Source: Trichoplax adhaerens
Taxonomy: Eukaryota; Animalia; Placozoa
Direction: 5' to 3'
Assembly (NCBI RefSeq): GCF_000150275.1
Contig: NW_002060944.1
Coordinates: 5,088,123 to 5,152,122 of the forward strand
DNA: 64,000 bases
The notes under the pieces are model-generated. The model worked only from the letters and a program-made list of their open reading frames with translations. It ran no database searches and was not told the DNA's origin. Of the stretch, positions 25,201 to 40,075 are shown piece after piece. How positions within the stretch are numbered: the first letter of the stretch is position 1; each line of letters starts with the position of its first letter. Both the position numbers and the translations under genes were made by a program.

Positions 25201-28200
25201 TCCTCCTAGGCCTTGTAGGCTAGAATGGAAGTGAAAGTTGAGAAGAAAGAAAATCTTTCTGATCTCTATCATATTACTAGAGATAAGAATGATATCCTAC
25301 CTGTACAATATACCTTACTTATGATCGTAGGCTGGTTGCTCTTCTATTTTTTTTTTTCTTTTACAGTTGTAAAAATGGCCACCTTTAATGTAATACATAC
25401 TGTGTCGCTGTAGGTAAGGACTATTTAGAAAGAGAAGCTATGCTTTCAGTTTGACACTCTCAGCTGCTTTCAACCAGCTGTACAGGTGGATCCATGGAAC
25501 AAATACCAGTTGAAATTAGCTATTTTGCCGTCTGGTGTCCTCTATACGGAAGATGGGGTTGATAGAGGGGCAAATAGCTAACTTATTAGCAGTTTTTGAC
25601 CCTCTAGATCAAAGATATTGCAAGGCATTGAAATGAAATGCACGTATAATCTGTTCTATCGGTTGAAGTAGAAAGATTATAAAGTTAGATGATATTTTAG
25701 TTTATTATATTGGACTGGATCATATATGAAGTTGCTTTAAAGATAGCCTATTTTCATAGCTGTCTAGCTAGGGTATACCCTGTAGGTACGTACAATCTAT
25801 CATGAACTACTAGATGCACTTAGTCGTCCACAGTACTATATATACTCGTAGAATAGAAATCTTGTATACGCTCGTATATTACCAAGATACAAAACTTATT
25901 TAATAAGTTTTCGAATCTGCTGTAGACATAAACACGATGATCTTCAATCGACATTATATGATCAGGCAGGTGTCCTATCAAGACATGTAGAAGCCATGAT
26001 ATATAAAGAAAAAAATCAAAGCGATAACTATAAATTGAACTACTGGATAATATACTGTACTTCAACGTACGGAAGAAATAGTTTACTACCTGACTCAATT
26101 TGAAGCGACAGTCCTTTGTATTTGGAAAGGTCATTTTGTAATTAAAACTTATACATTTAAATAAATGATTTTATTAATTTAACACCTAGTTCAATACAGA
26201 TTTAGATTCAGTGTTCAATAATTATAAAGTTATGAATACATTTGATCCATCTGACTACACAAGCATTATGGATGGGTGGGCAACAAATCAAATATAAAAT
26301 TGACTACCATGTCATCATTTTATCTAATCGAAAATAAGATACACTACACCACGAACAATCTAATTTGTAATCAATACCATTGATAACTTTCAATAATAAT
26401 TTAGGTTATACACTATCTAATTATATCGATCCAATTAACAAAAGTTACTGTATTTAGTACGTTTGTTATTTTTACATTTTTTTCCTATAAATGTTGATAT
26501 GACGTTGAAATCTTTATACTGATACTGGTTAAAAGTAAACTATTAAATCATTAAGAGTATCTAAAGGCTGACATCTATTGATCCTTTTCATTCTGTGCAA
26601 CAAATAACTGCACTACATGACTACCAGTAACTTTAATCAAGGATTAATGCTTATCATGGTCGATTAGTAATAAAGCAGCCAACTATGATTGAATACATTG
26701 TTGCACCTGCTTGAATTCATCAATTTCCTTGTATTCTTATTTGTCAGGAAATAAAAAAAAAGCAGTTTCCCGTTAGGCGCATAATCTGATTATGGTTAGG
26801 ATTTAGCAATCAAGATCGCTCATTTTAAATATAAAAAAATAGAAATCAAGTTAGGATAGTGAAGCTCAATTATCCTTGCTCATGCTTAATTTCACTTTAT
26901 CCAACTTGATGATATTAATTCATTCGTACTATTTGCTTATTTGCATCTGATACTCATCATTTACGTTAATTACTGTTGTTATGAGTATTATAATTGCTAC
27001 TATTATTTATCATTATTAACTTGAAAAGTGATCATTTCTTCATCGATGCTTACACAAATTTTTACGAATTACGTCAATAACAGTACATGATAATGAAAAT
27101 GGGTTTACTAAAGATATTGGCTTTCTTTTATCGTTGATCTTTGCCATTTTAATTGTTTGCTATATTTATGATCCCAATAGATCTATTCAGCTAATAATCT
27201 AATGATATATAAGCTATTAAATTTAATGTTTATATCGTCTATCGTTATCATTCCCTGCCTATATCATCATTAAACAATGAAATCGTTATGCATCTGTCGG
27301 AGCTGTTCTAACATCCAATTCTTCATCATTTATTAAATATTAAACATTAAATAACGTGATCATTCACTTTTTAAATATTAATTATACTAATCAAGTTTAT
27401 TCTACTATAATTCTCTTTCATTCTTGCTATTAAGTAATCCACTTTTCTTTATTTAACTGGCATAATGCATAATTTATGCGCATTTCTATCGATATCACTC
27501 ATTATTTATTGATCTTTTTGCAAGATTATCCGTTACATTAACTTTTTTCTGTCAACAATTATAGCAACAAACTGCTGTATTTATCTATAGCTAAAATAAT
27601 CGCCGTTAGTAATCTGATTATGCCGGAAGCCAAAGTATCGATTAGGATTATTAAATAAAATCTAATCATATAAAATACAGCAACTTAAGATCGTTGTTTA
27701 TCCTTTTTTAATTTATAATAAATACTATTTTTAATTTTAATTATTCAATTTTATATTTACTAAGAGTTTTGTTGATAATAATATAATCTAAATGGACATA
27801 AACATGATGTTAAGGTAGGGTTCGTGGTAGTTTATCTTAAAACTTTAAGAAACATCTATACAGGACGATAATAGAGATGGAGTACAGTAGTACATCCATA
27901 TATATGATAAATCATTTTCTGTTCAATTACTCCTTTTCAATACCTATTTTTAATCTAGATAGATCATTCGGTACCTATGGAAATAGACCAGAGTCGTAAA
28001 TATAACTGGCTATAGTACGTATATCTTTAAATTTATCACAATGTAATCATCAGAAAAATCAAACAATCATTACCAAACAGTTAAAATTTCGATATCGATG
28101 TTAACTAGATGTCCCAGTACAATGATTATTATGAAATCTTTGATGAACAAAATTATCAATAATAATTATATGATACTACATTATATATTTTTAAACTACA

Positions 28201-31200
28201 AATAGCGGCTTTAGTCTATGACTTGGATTGCTTTACTCCTGTATTTCGCTTGCAGTCATATTGGATCTAATTAAAAGGAAATATGAACTAGTAAAGGATA
28301 AAAGCGGTCTTAGTCATAACAATCGATAATAGTAATGTTTTTCAAGTTATAGGCTGTATTTGCTCTGAGAGTAGACTTTTATTCATCGTTGATACAGAAA
28401 TAAAAAACGCTACATTTTCTTTGTAATCTTTTAATATATTAAAAGAATTATAGTGCTTTTTATGTGTAGCATGAAATCACCTACATTCTATTTAAAGACA
28501 CTTATTATCGATCTAAGGGAACAAACTACAAAAATGTTAAGATAGTGGTAGGATTAAAGATAACAAGTTGAAGTATCACTATTTCGTCTGTTTGATATAA
28601 CTATTGTTATAACCTGCAAAACTGTTTAGCTAATGATTTCGTGCTACAGTACCTTAATTTTAATAGTCTAGTGTAGTTTACTGTCAGAAAATTATACTTG
28701 TATTGATTATACAACATGTATCGATATTATTAGCAAAATCTTTAGTACGCTATTATTCTAGTAACCTCATCTTAGTAGATAATACTTACAAACTTTAATA
28801 TTTCATCAGAATTATTCATTATTAATTTTGACTTGATCACTCTTAATTACTTTAACCGATTTATGATAAGATTTATTAGCAGCACTGTATGAAACTGTAT
28901 TTTGACAATTTGGTCGGAGTTGTTGCATTATATATTTTGGTTTATTATTTTCAAGGCATAAAAATTAAAAGTTGAAAGCAGTGCGTGTAAAATTTCAACG
29001 TATTTTTAGTCCCGCTGATGCGATTTGATACTACGCTGATACGGTCATTTTCTATATCATTTATCCCTCCCAACTTACGTCGATAATCATAACAGATGGC
29101 TACATCATCGTCAGAATAGCACCGACATTTAAATAATTGATCAGGTACATAAAGGTAATAATAATGATCTTGGATGCAATCATGCGAATCATTACCGAAG
29201 TCTTTTATTTCCGATAAAACTATAATAATTTCGTAGCATTCAAAAGAAAATTATTAAACTTCTATCATTGAATTTTTTTACTATATTATCTATTCTGTCT
29301 CCTAATATCTATGAAATATTATCTAAAGAGTATATAATAAACGCATCCATAACTTCTCATACTACAGTATTAAACAATAAGTATCAATGATAATAACTGT
29401 CATTAGTAAAACGATATAAAATATTCCTAGAATATATTCCTATCATGCTGGTTTAATATATCGTCTGTTGACATATTTTCTGTTAAAACGATGATACAAG
29501 AATCCTTCATTGACATGATCTTGGTGTCAATTATTATAGTCGTAAGGTAAAACTAAAAGCTGGATATCCTTGAATGTCGTTATTATTTATTTCCTGGTTT
29601 CTGGGCCCTAAATCTTCAATCCTTAATAAATATTTTAATATTATCGGAAGCTAAAGTATAATTAAAAGGGTAACATCAGCGCTAGCAAGTCAAATCAATT
29701 TTCTACTGGCGCTATTGTAGATTGATTGACAATAGATACCGTAGGGAGAACAACTTAATTAAAATTTATAGTATTCAATCTGATTGTTTTATTATTTACT
29801 TTTATACATCATGATCGTCATTAATGCAGCAACTATTCATACTTTAACAGCTGCAGTACTTTATTTAATCTACGCATAAGCAGCGGTTAAATTAATTTTA
29901 GTCTTTAGCTGTATTATATTAGATTACTACTTTACTTCGAGTGAACTTACATTGAGAAATCTATCTAAACATAGTTAATTAAACTAATTCAGTACAATTA
30001 TTTTAAACTAATCTCTCTCTCATAACCCATTATTTAATTGAATTCATTATTAATCAACTGGACTGATATAGAAGGATTACCGTTAAAAGAATGCTTAGAG
30101 ATTAAACAAGATTTGGTATTAAAGATCGGGTTTATTGATAATTAAATCCTTCCTTTAATCTTAATAATCAACATTAAGTTGAAGGCTACTTTTTAGGCTT
30201 TTATTCATTATTGTCTAAATTATAATAAAATAGTAAATGTAGGGTAAGCAAAGAGCGAACGGGCTACAGTATTTACCCTTAATTTTAATGCTTTATTGCG
30301 TTGGAAATAATCAATTAGATCATAACTGATGTAACCTTTACTCGTAATTTAATAAATAAAATGATATTATTTAATTAAAACTGTGTAAATACGCAACTAG
30401 CAGTTGAGTTAATAATTTGATTCATCATTACTCCCTCACTCGCAAAATTAAACAGAGATAATTGAGTTAAAAGTGGGAATGTACATTGTAATATTATTTT
30501 ACACGCTGCCTTGTATCAACTTCTTTGCATTATATACTATGTATTATTATATTGAACGTATAAGTATCGATATAAGTCAGCTTTTCTCTCTTAATAGACC
30601 TAAGACTTTGATTATTGTCACAATAATAAAGGGATCAAAGTTGTCTAGACCCCGTGGTTGAGTACTTTTAAAACTACAGCTGGAAAGTATTAATATTTGA
30701 ATTCATACCAGAGTTATATAGGGATGGTAGTTAAAAAAACTTCACTATTATATAAATCATGACATAATCATCCCGACAGAATACCTAAAAGTTGCTATGA
30801 TAAACTTCAAGTTAAAGCATGAATAAATCACTAGAAGGTATCTTCACGAGCAAATTTATTCGCATTTAAAAAGTACATTAAAAATTATTATGATTTCAAA
30901 CAAATGTGAATAACCAAATGACCCGTGTTGATGTAGTTATTATGAAGATAAGTTAGATTTCAATCGATCACAAAAATCAACGTTTAAGATTTATCTGTTA
31001 TAGACTATACGAGTATATGAATACAGCTTTATATAGATAGTCGACTTATTGCAAAATATCAACGACGGATTATCTAAACGAATGAGATTAAATACATTAT
31101 GTACGAGCGCTAAAGCCAACTTTAACGGAATGGATATTGTCAATGGAAGAAGCTGAATATTTTAACTACAGTATAGAGTAAAGCGTATACCTAAATAATA

Positions 31201-31528
31201 GGTAAACGATCAAAAACTTCAACCAACTGGAGCCAGTATTTTGAATATATACTGTTACTGAAAGTAGCAGCGGCAGCAGTATAGCTCATAAAGCCGACGT
31301 TAAAAGCACTACACAATAAAGTCATCACATTGGAAGGACACTACCTTAAATTTTTATGAGACATTCTATACTGTACAGTGTAAGTAGAGGTTCTCTATAT
31401 TAGACCTCTACCGTACACTAGTATATATATTTTATTATTATACACAAAGTTACTTTGATTTGACAATTTCTTATAATTTACAGAACTTGTTAACAACGAA
31501 AATCGGTCTTAATTAACATAAAATTGGA

Positions 31529-34500
31529 TTATCTTTGGTGCAATATTGAAGAAAATTGAAGAATTTGTTTTTCATTAGTGTCTAAGTTTCGCAATAATTG
31601 GTTATAATTTTCTTGTCGTGATTTCAAGTGAGCACCAATGATAGAATTCTTAAAAGACAATCTATAAGTAGAAATTGCGAACAAAACTCAGAAAGTCATT
31701 TTTTATTATTTAACTTTTCCTATTACTTAAGAATTCCTCTTTCGTAATAAATGGGTTCAGATCTTACATCCATATATGTAACACCGTTACCTGTAGGTAA
31801 TTGAATTACTATGTCATTTAGTTGTCTATTAGATTTCTTATACTCACATTGTTATAAGAATAACGGCTAGTAACTTCCATTGTTTATGATTTAATGAAAT
31901 GTTATCCCTTGATAGCCTAAAAAAATGATTCAATAAAACGTAGCTTTTAAGATTTTACAGTACGAGATCAATAATCTTCAGTAATACGATTGCTATTTAA
32001 AATATTGCATTGAAAATATGTTTCATCGGCGTTGTCATGATTATGAGAAGTTTTAACTTTATGTTGTAAGCGAGTTTAGGGTTATTCTAACTTGAAATAT
32101 GCTAATCTCGAGATTTACAATGAATAAATATTTCACGGCAATAATTCTATTACAATTAAGGCCTATTGTAGAAAATATACGTTTGTTTATTAAATGACGA
32201 GATGCAGCGTCCCCTAAACACTAACAATATAAAACGCGATAGCAGACTTTATTTTAAAGCATACCACGTACCTGAAAGTACGAATCAGATCAGTCATATC
32301 TTGTCGAATATCACAATAGATGAGATTAAGGGAAGATAGCGGTTCCCGTAACCTATCACGAAAATTAATGATGCGTTATAGTCAACGAACAGCCGTCAAT
32401 ATCGATGATGCATGTGTCATAGTCGTATTTAATTGAAACTGAATGAGCATGAATTACTATATACACATGCTTTCTCTACTCATTTACTCTAACGGCATTA
32501 CCTTGCAAATAAATGCAATTGTCAAATAAATTGTGGAAAAATAGCTTTTTAAAGTACTTAATAACTAAAATAGAAACGACGTTTTGCGATACACCTAACT
32601 ACAATAAATAGCTCTGCAGTGCTCTAAATATATTATCGTTATCCTGTATTACAAATTGTCAATGCTAATGCTGCTAATAATTATATACTAAGGTCACATG
32701 AAATATAGGGAGATTTTACAAAACTATAGGAAAAGAATAACACTAGTCAAAGTTTAAATAGTACTGTACTGATATAATATAATAACAAGCGCAGGAACTA
32801 TACACAATTTTAAGTCTCTTTTGTAAGCTATCTAAGATCGCCTGTCTAATGTCATGAGAATCCAATTCTAATGACGATATGAAGCATCTAAATAGATTTA
32901 TTGAATCTATTACATACCCTTTTTTTATACGATCTAATATAATATTCCGACGTAAAGATGCCTGATAGTTACTTGAATGCAGAGGTAGATAGACGTCAGT
33001 TTCCTGTAAAAGTTTTAAAATTAAACTTTAATTTCATAAATTATTTCATAAGATTAATACATCAGCTATACCTGTCTTTCCGGTTCAGCCAGGTTCTCTT
33101 TGGAGATAGATCTGTCATGACTCCCATTCTTCGATAATTCAGGTCTACAATCTCGCGTATCATCTATTTTCCAAGAATCCTTTGCTATATGTACAGTGGT
33201 TTCAGTTTTAGGATCACAATTAGGATTATTTAAATCTGCGGGCATTAAGAAATTTTTTGTTTCAGTCGTGCTCCATTCCTGTAAAACATGTATTATTTTT
33301 GCATACGGATCAGTTTTTTGTGGAACAACAACAGTAGGTTGCATAACTGGGAGAGTGCGACATGGGTCAAAGGTATTTTTTAATTTACTATTAGAATGAA
33401 AAGATTGATATTGATGATTGAATGCATGATCGACATCAACACTGGGAATATCATCTGCGAATAAATCTTCTTTCAATTTAGTTTCTTTGATGCTAACAAT
33501 CGGACTGATATTCTTCGACGACGAATAAGGTGACGGTGAATCATGATGCATTAACAGAGTTGCATCTAATTCGCGTTTATTGTCGGTCTGTGTTAGCTTT
33601 ATTTTAGATCTTTCAAAGTCTTCCTTTATGGAGGTTGATTCCTTTATTTTATTATTGGATTGGCGTGATAATTTATATGAATTATGACTACCCAAATCGG
33701 GTTTAGCTTCATCGTTTATTTTAAGAAGGTCGACATTGTTGGTAATCAATGTTATTTCATGATCATCTGCTGGTAGTTTGGCACTGTAAATTAAATCATA
33801 TCAACCTTGAATGACGCATGGTTGTGATAGATTGTGACAATGTATCTTAGATTTATCAAATTTACACAGTTGCAATTACAATAGGTTACCTTGATTGTTC
33901 GTCAGAAGATAAATGCTGCAGCAAAACTATCTTGTTCTTACTAAGAGATCAAATAATAAAATACAGCAATATCATATACTGTAATAATAATAACTGTAAA
34001 GTACCATTTATAGATTTGCTAATATAAATGATAAATGGCAGTAAATCTGCATTTTCAGTCTCATCAGCAGATAAACGGTGAAATTATTAATTATACGGTT
34101 TCAAATAATTTCGAGTTAATGGTCAGCCTGTGTAGAATGAAACTAATACAGTGGATATTGATGCACGATAGCAACTTTTCATGTAATACGTACAAGCAGG
34201 TGGGCATAATCATTAAAGCTAGCCCTTGTTGTAATACTTACATTTCGTGGCGCCCCCATAATGGCTCTGTCGATAACTGTTTAGCAAAGAAATTGGAAGC
34301 TTTGCAGCAGAAATTGCTACAAAACCTCTAGATTTACACAGAAAGAAAAAATGTGTTTAAAATCTGCTACTTTAATCAACGTAGTTATATTAAGTTGTTT
34401 TCAACTTAAATTAATAATAATTTTGTTAAGTGATTGATTCTAATTCTTAAATTAGTAGACTGAAAATAATTTACCCTTTTCTTTTCCATGTCGTATACCT

Positions 34501-35718
34501 TATTGCGAGCAGTATCAATGTGATATTTTTGACGAGTAACCTTATGACAAGCATCAAATTAATAATGACAAAATATTTTCGATTTAAACTATACGTAGAT
34601 AAGCTGTAAAATTTTTTGCTACACGGCAAGTTATAATCATAAGGTAATTACATTTTGTAACTGATTTTCACAAATTGGATAACCACATTTTCGGATTATA
34701 AAACGTTCTTCGATTGCATCATCATAGTAGCTTGGATCAATAAATTTCGCCTAGAGTAAATGATCATTGATGTAGGTAGTATTATTTATATTCCGATGAA
34801 CGATAACGGGTAGACAGTAGTACTTGATTTCACAGAATTGTGTTATTACAACCTTGTCAGTCGCAAGTTCTAATTATGAATTTAGAAGTAGATCAATAAA
34901 TTGAAATATCTTACACAGTTGAGTAAGAATTCTTGGCTGACAGTATCTAATAACTGCTCAACAATATTCATTGCTTTTCTCTGGTGATGTCCTGAGGGAT
35001 GACCAATCTTAATTTCCCTTGGTTTAAGAAATCATTTGAAAGATCAATTAGCAATTATGAAGTCTATCAATAGTCATTTTTTGTTGTTGTATAGTACTAC
35101 TTGTGTTAGAATTTTTGAAATGGATTGATGCTCTCGATAGGCATACCCATATTAGTAGATACAACCAGACTAAGTTGATTACACTATCTCATTTAACTCC
35201 ATTCTAGGCTAAATTGGATGGAATGAATGCTATACTATGGACTAGTAGATTACCTCGACGTTGTCTATGATGGCAAAACTGTCGCAAGGAATGGTGCAAC
35301 AGCAGCCCTCTACAGCACAGTACTATCATTCTGGAACTAGGGTATCAATTGGTGTGAGAAGTTATTACATCACTAGAGTATGATTCCATTCTCCAAGAAT
35401 ATTCTTCTACTTAGTTAGAATGTACTTAATTTTGAATCTACTAAATATGCAATAAAATATTGAATCTTATAGCCAACCAACTCGACAAGTTGTGAAGCAA
35501 TCTTGTGCAGTGAGAATGAATGAATTGGGAAATTGGCTCAGTTTGCATACCTCGTTTTACCTTGAGATTCATCTTTATTAGGCGAGTTATCGAGTTCTAT
35601 ACCTAAATTATAGATAACAATAATATGAGTTCTACTATTCTAAGGTTACTTTCTGAATTACCTATAAAGAAAATCCATGCTAACCATGGATTTGCTGAGG
35701 ATTCCCAAGGTCGTCCAT
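31529..35718 (-). CDS. RPAP2: RNA polymerase II-associated protein 2 (Rtr1/RPAP2 CTD phosphatase), multi-exon
   Basis: ATG at 35718. Spliced exons read HQRKAMNIVEQLLDTVSQEFLLNCAKFIDPSYYDDAIEERFIIRKCGYPIC...QKYHIDTARNKVYD...RFCSNFCCKASNFFAKQLSTEPLW (Rtr1 zinc finger). Later exons give LQEWSTTET, LPLHSSNYQASLRRNIILDRI and DLIRTFRLSRDNISLNHKQW; stop at 31529. Confidence 0.93.
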
Positions 35719-36817
35719 GTTGGTTGAGCTAGCCAAGGCAATGACAAAGCAATCGCTACAGTCTTCAGTACTGTAGCGATTGCATCCTCTCATTGTAACC
35801 TTCACGTACTGTACTGTACAGTACGATACGATACGCATACGGTGCGATCCGGTACGGTACCCGTGGTGAATGATACTCTACCAACTAGGCAGATCCCCAA
35901 CTAACGCCATCACTCTGGTTGCCATTTCACCAAGCTTTTCGATGCAGAATGCAAATGGCCAAGTAACATTAATGGAGGAAAGTACAGTCCTATCATAGAA
36001 AATAAACTCAATCTTCAGTCTAATTGGGTAGACCGACAAATCGACTAACCTGTAGATCAAATAGTACCGCTGTTTTCTTGAAGATACAAGACAAAAAATT
36101 ACTTTTTGCTGACGTCCATCCATCATTCATTTGGACTGCGTGCAAAGTCATTCAAAGAAAGGAAAGACCCATTTTATTAGGTATATATTTGAGTAACGTC
36201 TACTTATTTTGAGAGTATTCTTCTAGTAGAAGTGACAATATGATGTATTATTGCCATTGATGAGCTTGTGAAAATGTCGTCATACTATTTTGCAATAATC
36301 ATCGCTTATGGTCGTGTCATAAAGTCCATCATTTCAGTCATGATACGCACAGGCATCAGCATGGACTACTACTGTAGCGAAGTAGTTCATGGCATCAGGG
36401 TTACCGGTGCATGCACCTCTAATTTTGTTGTACAGATAGAGGTAAGAAAAGACATTTTACCTCTATCATTTGACAATAATAACCTGTGCTTTTGATCATG
36501 TTATATAGAGTTGATGATTTTCTCTATACCAATGTTTTCCCACCCTAACCTATTTTGTTAGAATCGTTGCTTATAGTCATGTCATGAAGTGAGCCATTTT
36601 ATCTACAATAATATGTCAAATGCTAATACTGAACTGTATTTATGATAATCCTTACTGAAGGGTCATGTTGATAAAGCTGATCATTTATCTGTAATTGCTG
36701 GTCATAATATATAGGTGCTTCAATTTTTGGATCTCAAGGAATAGAAAGAAACCTGGTATCGTGCCTGCATATTTGGCTTTAAATTACTATAAGAAGCACC
36801 CTACTGAATCCATTGTT
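35719..36817. promoter_or_regulatory. Divergent promoter region RPAP2 / RABGGTB
   Basis: Head-to-head ATGs 1.1 kb apart. GC-richer core at 35760-35925 containing TACTGTACTGTACAGTACGATACGATACGCATACGGTGCGATCCGGTACGGTACC. Confidence 0.6.
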
Positions 36818-39800
36818 ATGGTAAGTTAGGCCAATTGGGATTTAGTTTACTACATAGAATTCATTAAGTTAAGACTAAATGCAGCCATCGAAGCTACACA
36901 AAGAAAACAGCCTCTACTTTCTGTCATATCCTATCGACTATTACGTACATTTCATCGTTTCCATAGTTATTTTATACGTCACTATTGGATAAGTAACTTA
37001 GTAGCGAAGCTACATATCAAGCATATCATTGATTCAGATATCAGCAATATTGACCACGGTATAATGTACAATTTTCTCATTTTATTCAACTGTCCTACTC
37101 ATTGTATCAATTTTAATAACCTTATTTGTCCTTTTCTACCATTTGTAAACACTCATAATAGGGAACGCCACAGAGTGATATCGAATTACCGGTTAATTCA
37201 CCTGTGCAATTGTGGAAGCTAAAACATCGAGACTATATTGTCAATTATGGCAAAAGTAAAGACGATTATGTAAGTTCTGTAAGGTGATTTCTTAACTTCA
37301 AAACAATTCTCCCTTTTCTTTTATCATGGACATGCTCATACCCTGTCAAATGACAACAATTTACACCGCCATCACGTAATATTTTGCATGAGAAAAATAA
37401 TTAATAAAAATATCTCCCTTTGTCGGGACAAACTAGATTATATTGGATGATAATTTTAAATTTGATTGATAATTTATAATAAACTAGGAATACTGTATGT
37501 CGGAATATCTTCGAATCAATGGTGTCTACTGGGGGATTACAGCTCTTTGCTTATTAGATCAACTCGATCAATTGAATAAAACTGAAGTTATAGACTTTGT
37601 GAAATCATGCCAGCATCCATCAAGCGGATTTGGCGCTAGTCCCAATCATGATCCGCATATCTTATCTACTTTAAGCGCAATCCAGGTCAGCCATGAGAAA
37701 AAGTGTAGACAGTTTAATTTTATCTGTTATCCTTATTTATAGTGGCCTTTTATAGCACCAAAGCTGCGTACTGCATAGCGTACTGTACTTAGCCAAAGTG
37801 GGAATAACTTCATTAATACATTCTAAGCATCTGGCTACATGTTAGTAATATTTCACATTGGTAATACTACCTTGCAATGAATTGATAATTATCATTACTT
37901 TGGTGGATGATTATCAAAATTGCAGGGGTGTGGACAATTTATGCACTGTAGTATAGTTTACTATTGCTACTGAGTGATTTGGTCACAGCCGGTTACCAAT
38001 AAATTTTTAGTAGTTCACAATCTAGTGAACAATTCGTAGTTTCATAAGACATGATGGCTAATTTTTTAAATTCTTTAAAACAACTATAAATTATAAATTA
38101 GATCTTAACAATTTATGATGCGGTCGATGAAATCGATGTAGATGGTGCCGTCAATTTTATTCATTGTCAACAGCAGAATGATGGCTCGTTTTCTGGCGAT
38201 AAATGGGGTACTGTTAATCGACCTATAATAGAATTATAACGGTGATTTAGACTTTATTGAATGACATAAAAGCGAAGCAGAAATTTACATAACAATATTA
38301 TTGCATTCAGTATACCCATCGATAGGCTAGGGTAGAGTTTTGTTGTATTCTCTACTAATATAGCGAAAAAAAAAGAGATGAACTAAATGAAATTTCAACA
38401 TTTTACCTTTCACATTAGGTGAGATTGACAATCGGTTCTCCTTTTGTGCTCTAGCTTGCTTATCGTTGCTTGTAAGTAATAAAACAAAAGAGATATCCAG
38501 ATATTCTTATTTAATAATTAATGATGATATTCGAACGTTAGATTCCGTTTTACAAAGTACTTCATTACAAACGGACATTAATTCTTCCGTTAGTAGTTAT
38601 TGGAGTTTAATCATCATAATTAAAGTATAGAATACAAGCTCTGTTCATTTATTGACGTTTCTTGAACAATTTATAAACAATAGTTTTAATTATATAGTTC
38701 AATATACTGCAGCATGCCGGCATACAATTGTCGTATAATATTGATAAGTTAAATATTATGTATAATAGATAAGATTAATCTTTGAACTCTGTAAATGATG
38801 GGTAAAAATGTTAGTAATAGTTTTTTAATGTTTCGTAATCAATATTTATATTTTGATCGCGTAGTTTGAAACAATTCTATTTTCTATATGGTTGGCTTAT
38901 TTATATATAGGGACGTTTAGATGCTATCAATGTCGATAGTGCTATCGATTTTATCTTAAAATGTATGAATTTTGATGGAGCGTTTGGTTGTAAGCCTGGT
39001 TCGGAATCCCATTCTGCTCAAGTATGTAATACTTAATAGTATAATTTGTATCACTATTGGATAACTCTCTATTGTTGCTAGATTACCATATAAATTCTGT
39101 TAACCACGTTAAGTAATTACGGTTTCCTTTGCAAATAATTTAATTGCAATTAATATAAATTAACGGAAGATATTATGTTGATGCAATATTTTTATAAATG
39201 GATTGCTTACAGCACTACATTAAAATTCGTAATAAAGATTTTTGTATTAACGTTGAAAATAAATTCTTGTATTAAGTGTGTGAGCCATTTTTATCGGTAA
39301 GGTAACATGCTTATGCTAAACAATACAGAAATTGCTCGTCAATAAACTAGTAACTAATTTGATAATCGCTTTAAACCAACTTTATCAATTTAGGTCTATT
39401 GCTGTGTAGGATCACTAGCAATCACAGGACGCCTTCATCATCTAAATATTGATGCATTAGGCTGGTGGTTAAGTGAAAGACAACTTCCTTCTGGCGGATT
39501 GAATGGTATATTGAAAAGTCGCTGTTTTAATATTTATCACAAGTATTAAAGTAAAATTGGGATTACATGTAATTAAAATAAGAAGTTTATACGGTGTTTG
39601 ATTTATCTATTATTTAATTGGTTTATGTATTGCTATATAAATAGGCAGGCCTGAGAAGTTACCTGATGTATGCTATTCATGGTGGGTTTTATCATCATTG
39701 GCTATTATCGGCAAATTACATTGGATTAACAAAGTAAAAGCAATTTTATCAAGAGATAATATCTTTCGTCATTGCCCTGAAAATTTATTATTGAATCATA

Positions 39801-40075
39801 TCCTGTTGACTAAAATTAATGATATTTTGCAACTATTGTTCTTCTTTTTGATTGTAAAGGAGAAATTAATTAACTTCATCTTAGCTTGCCAAGATAAAGA
39901 AACTGGAGGAATTGCAGACAAGCCTGGCGACTTAGTTGATCCATTCCACACTTTATTCGGTATTGCTGGGTTATCATTACTTGGGGATACGACCTTAAAA
40001 CAAGTTAATCCTGTCTATTGCATGCCAGAAGAAGTTATACAAAAACTTAGGTTAAAAGTCCAGATGCTAAATTAA
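36818..40075 (+). CDS. RABGGTB: Rab geranylgeranyltransferase beta subunit, 331 aa, 9 coding exons
   Basis: Exons 36818-36820 (ATG only), 37162-37269, 37488-37685, 38102-38207, 38419-38471, 38911-39021, 39394-39505, 39645-39733 and 39860-40075 sum to 996 nt. Motifs [46 protein letters not shown] and DPFHTLFG. Confidence 0.97.

Noticed and set aside
34915-35017. Suspected frameshift in RPAP2 exon 3
   Set aside because: Careful re-reading gives an intact frame (EQLLDTVSQEFLLNC) with compatible splice phases.
36821-39859. Intronic C/D snoRNAs (vertebrate RABGGTB hosts SNORD45)
   Set aside because: I found no intron with properly spaced RTGATGA/CTGA boxes and an rRNA-complementary guide; a snoscan or Infernal run would be needed to exclude them fully.
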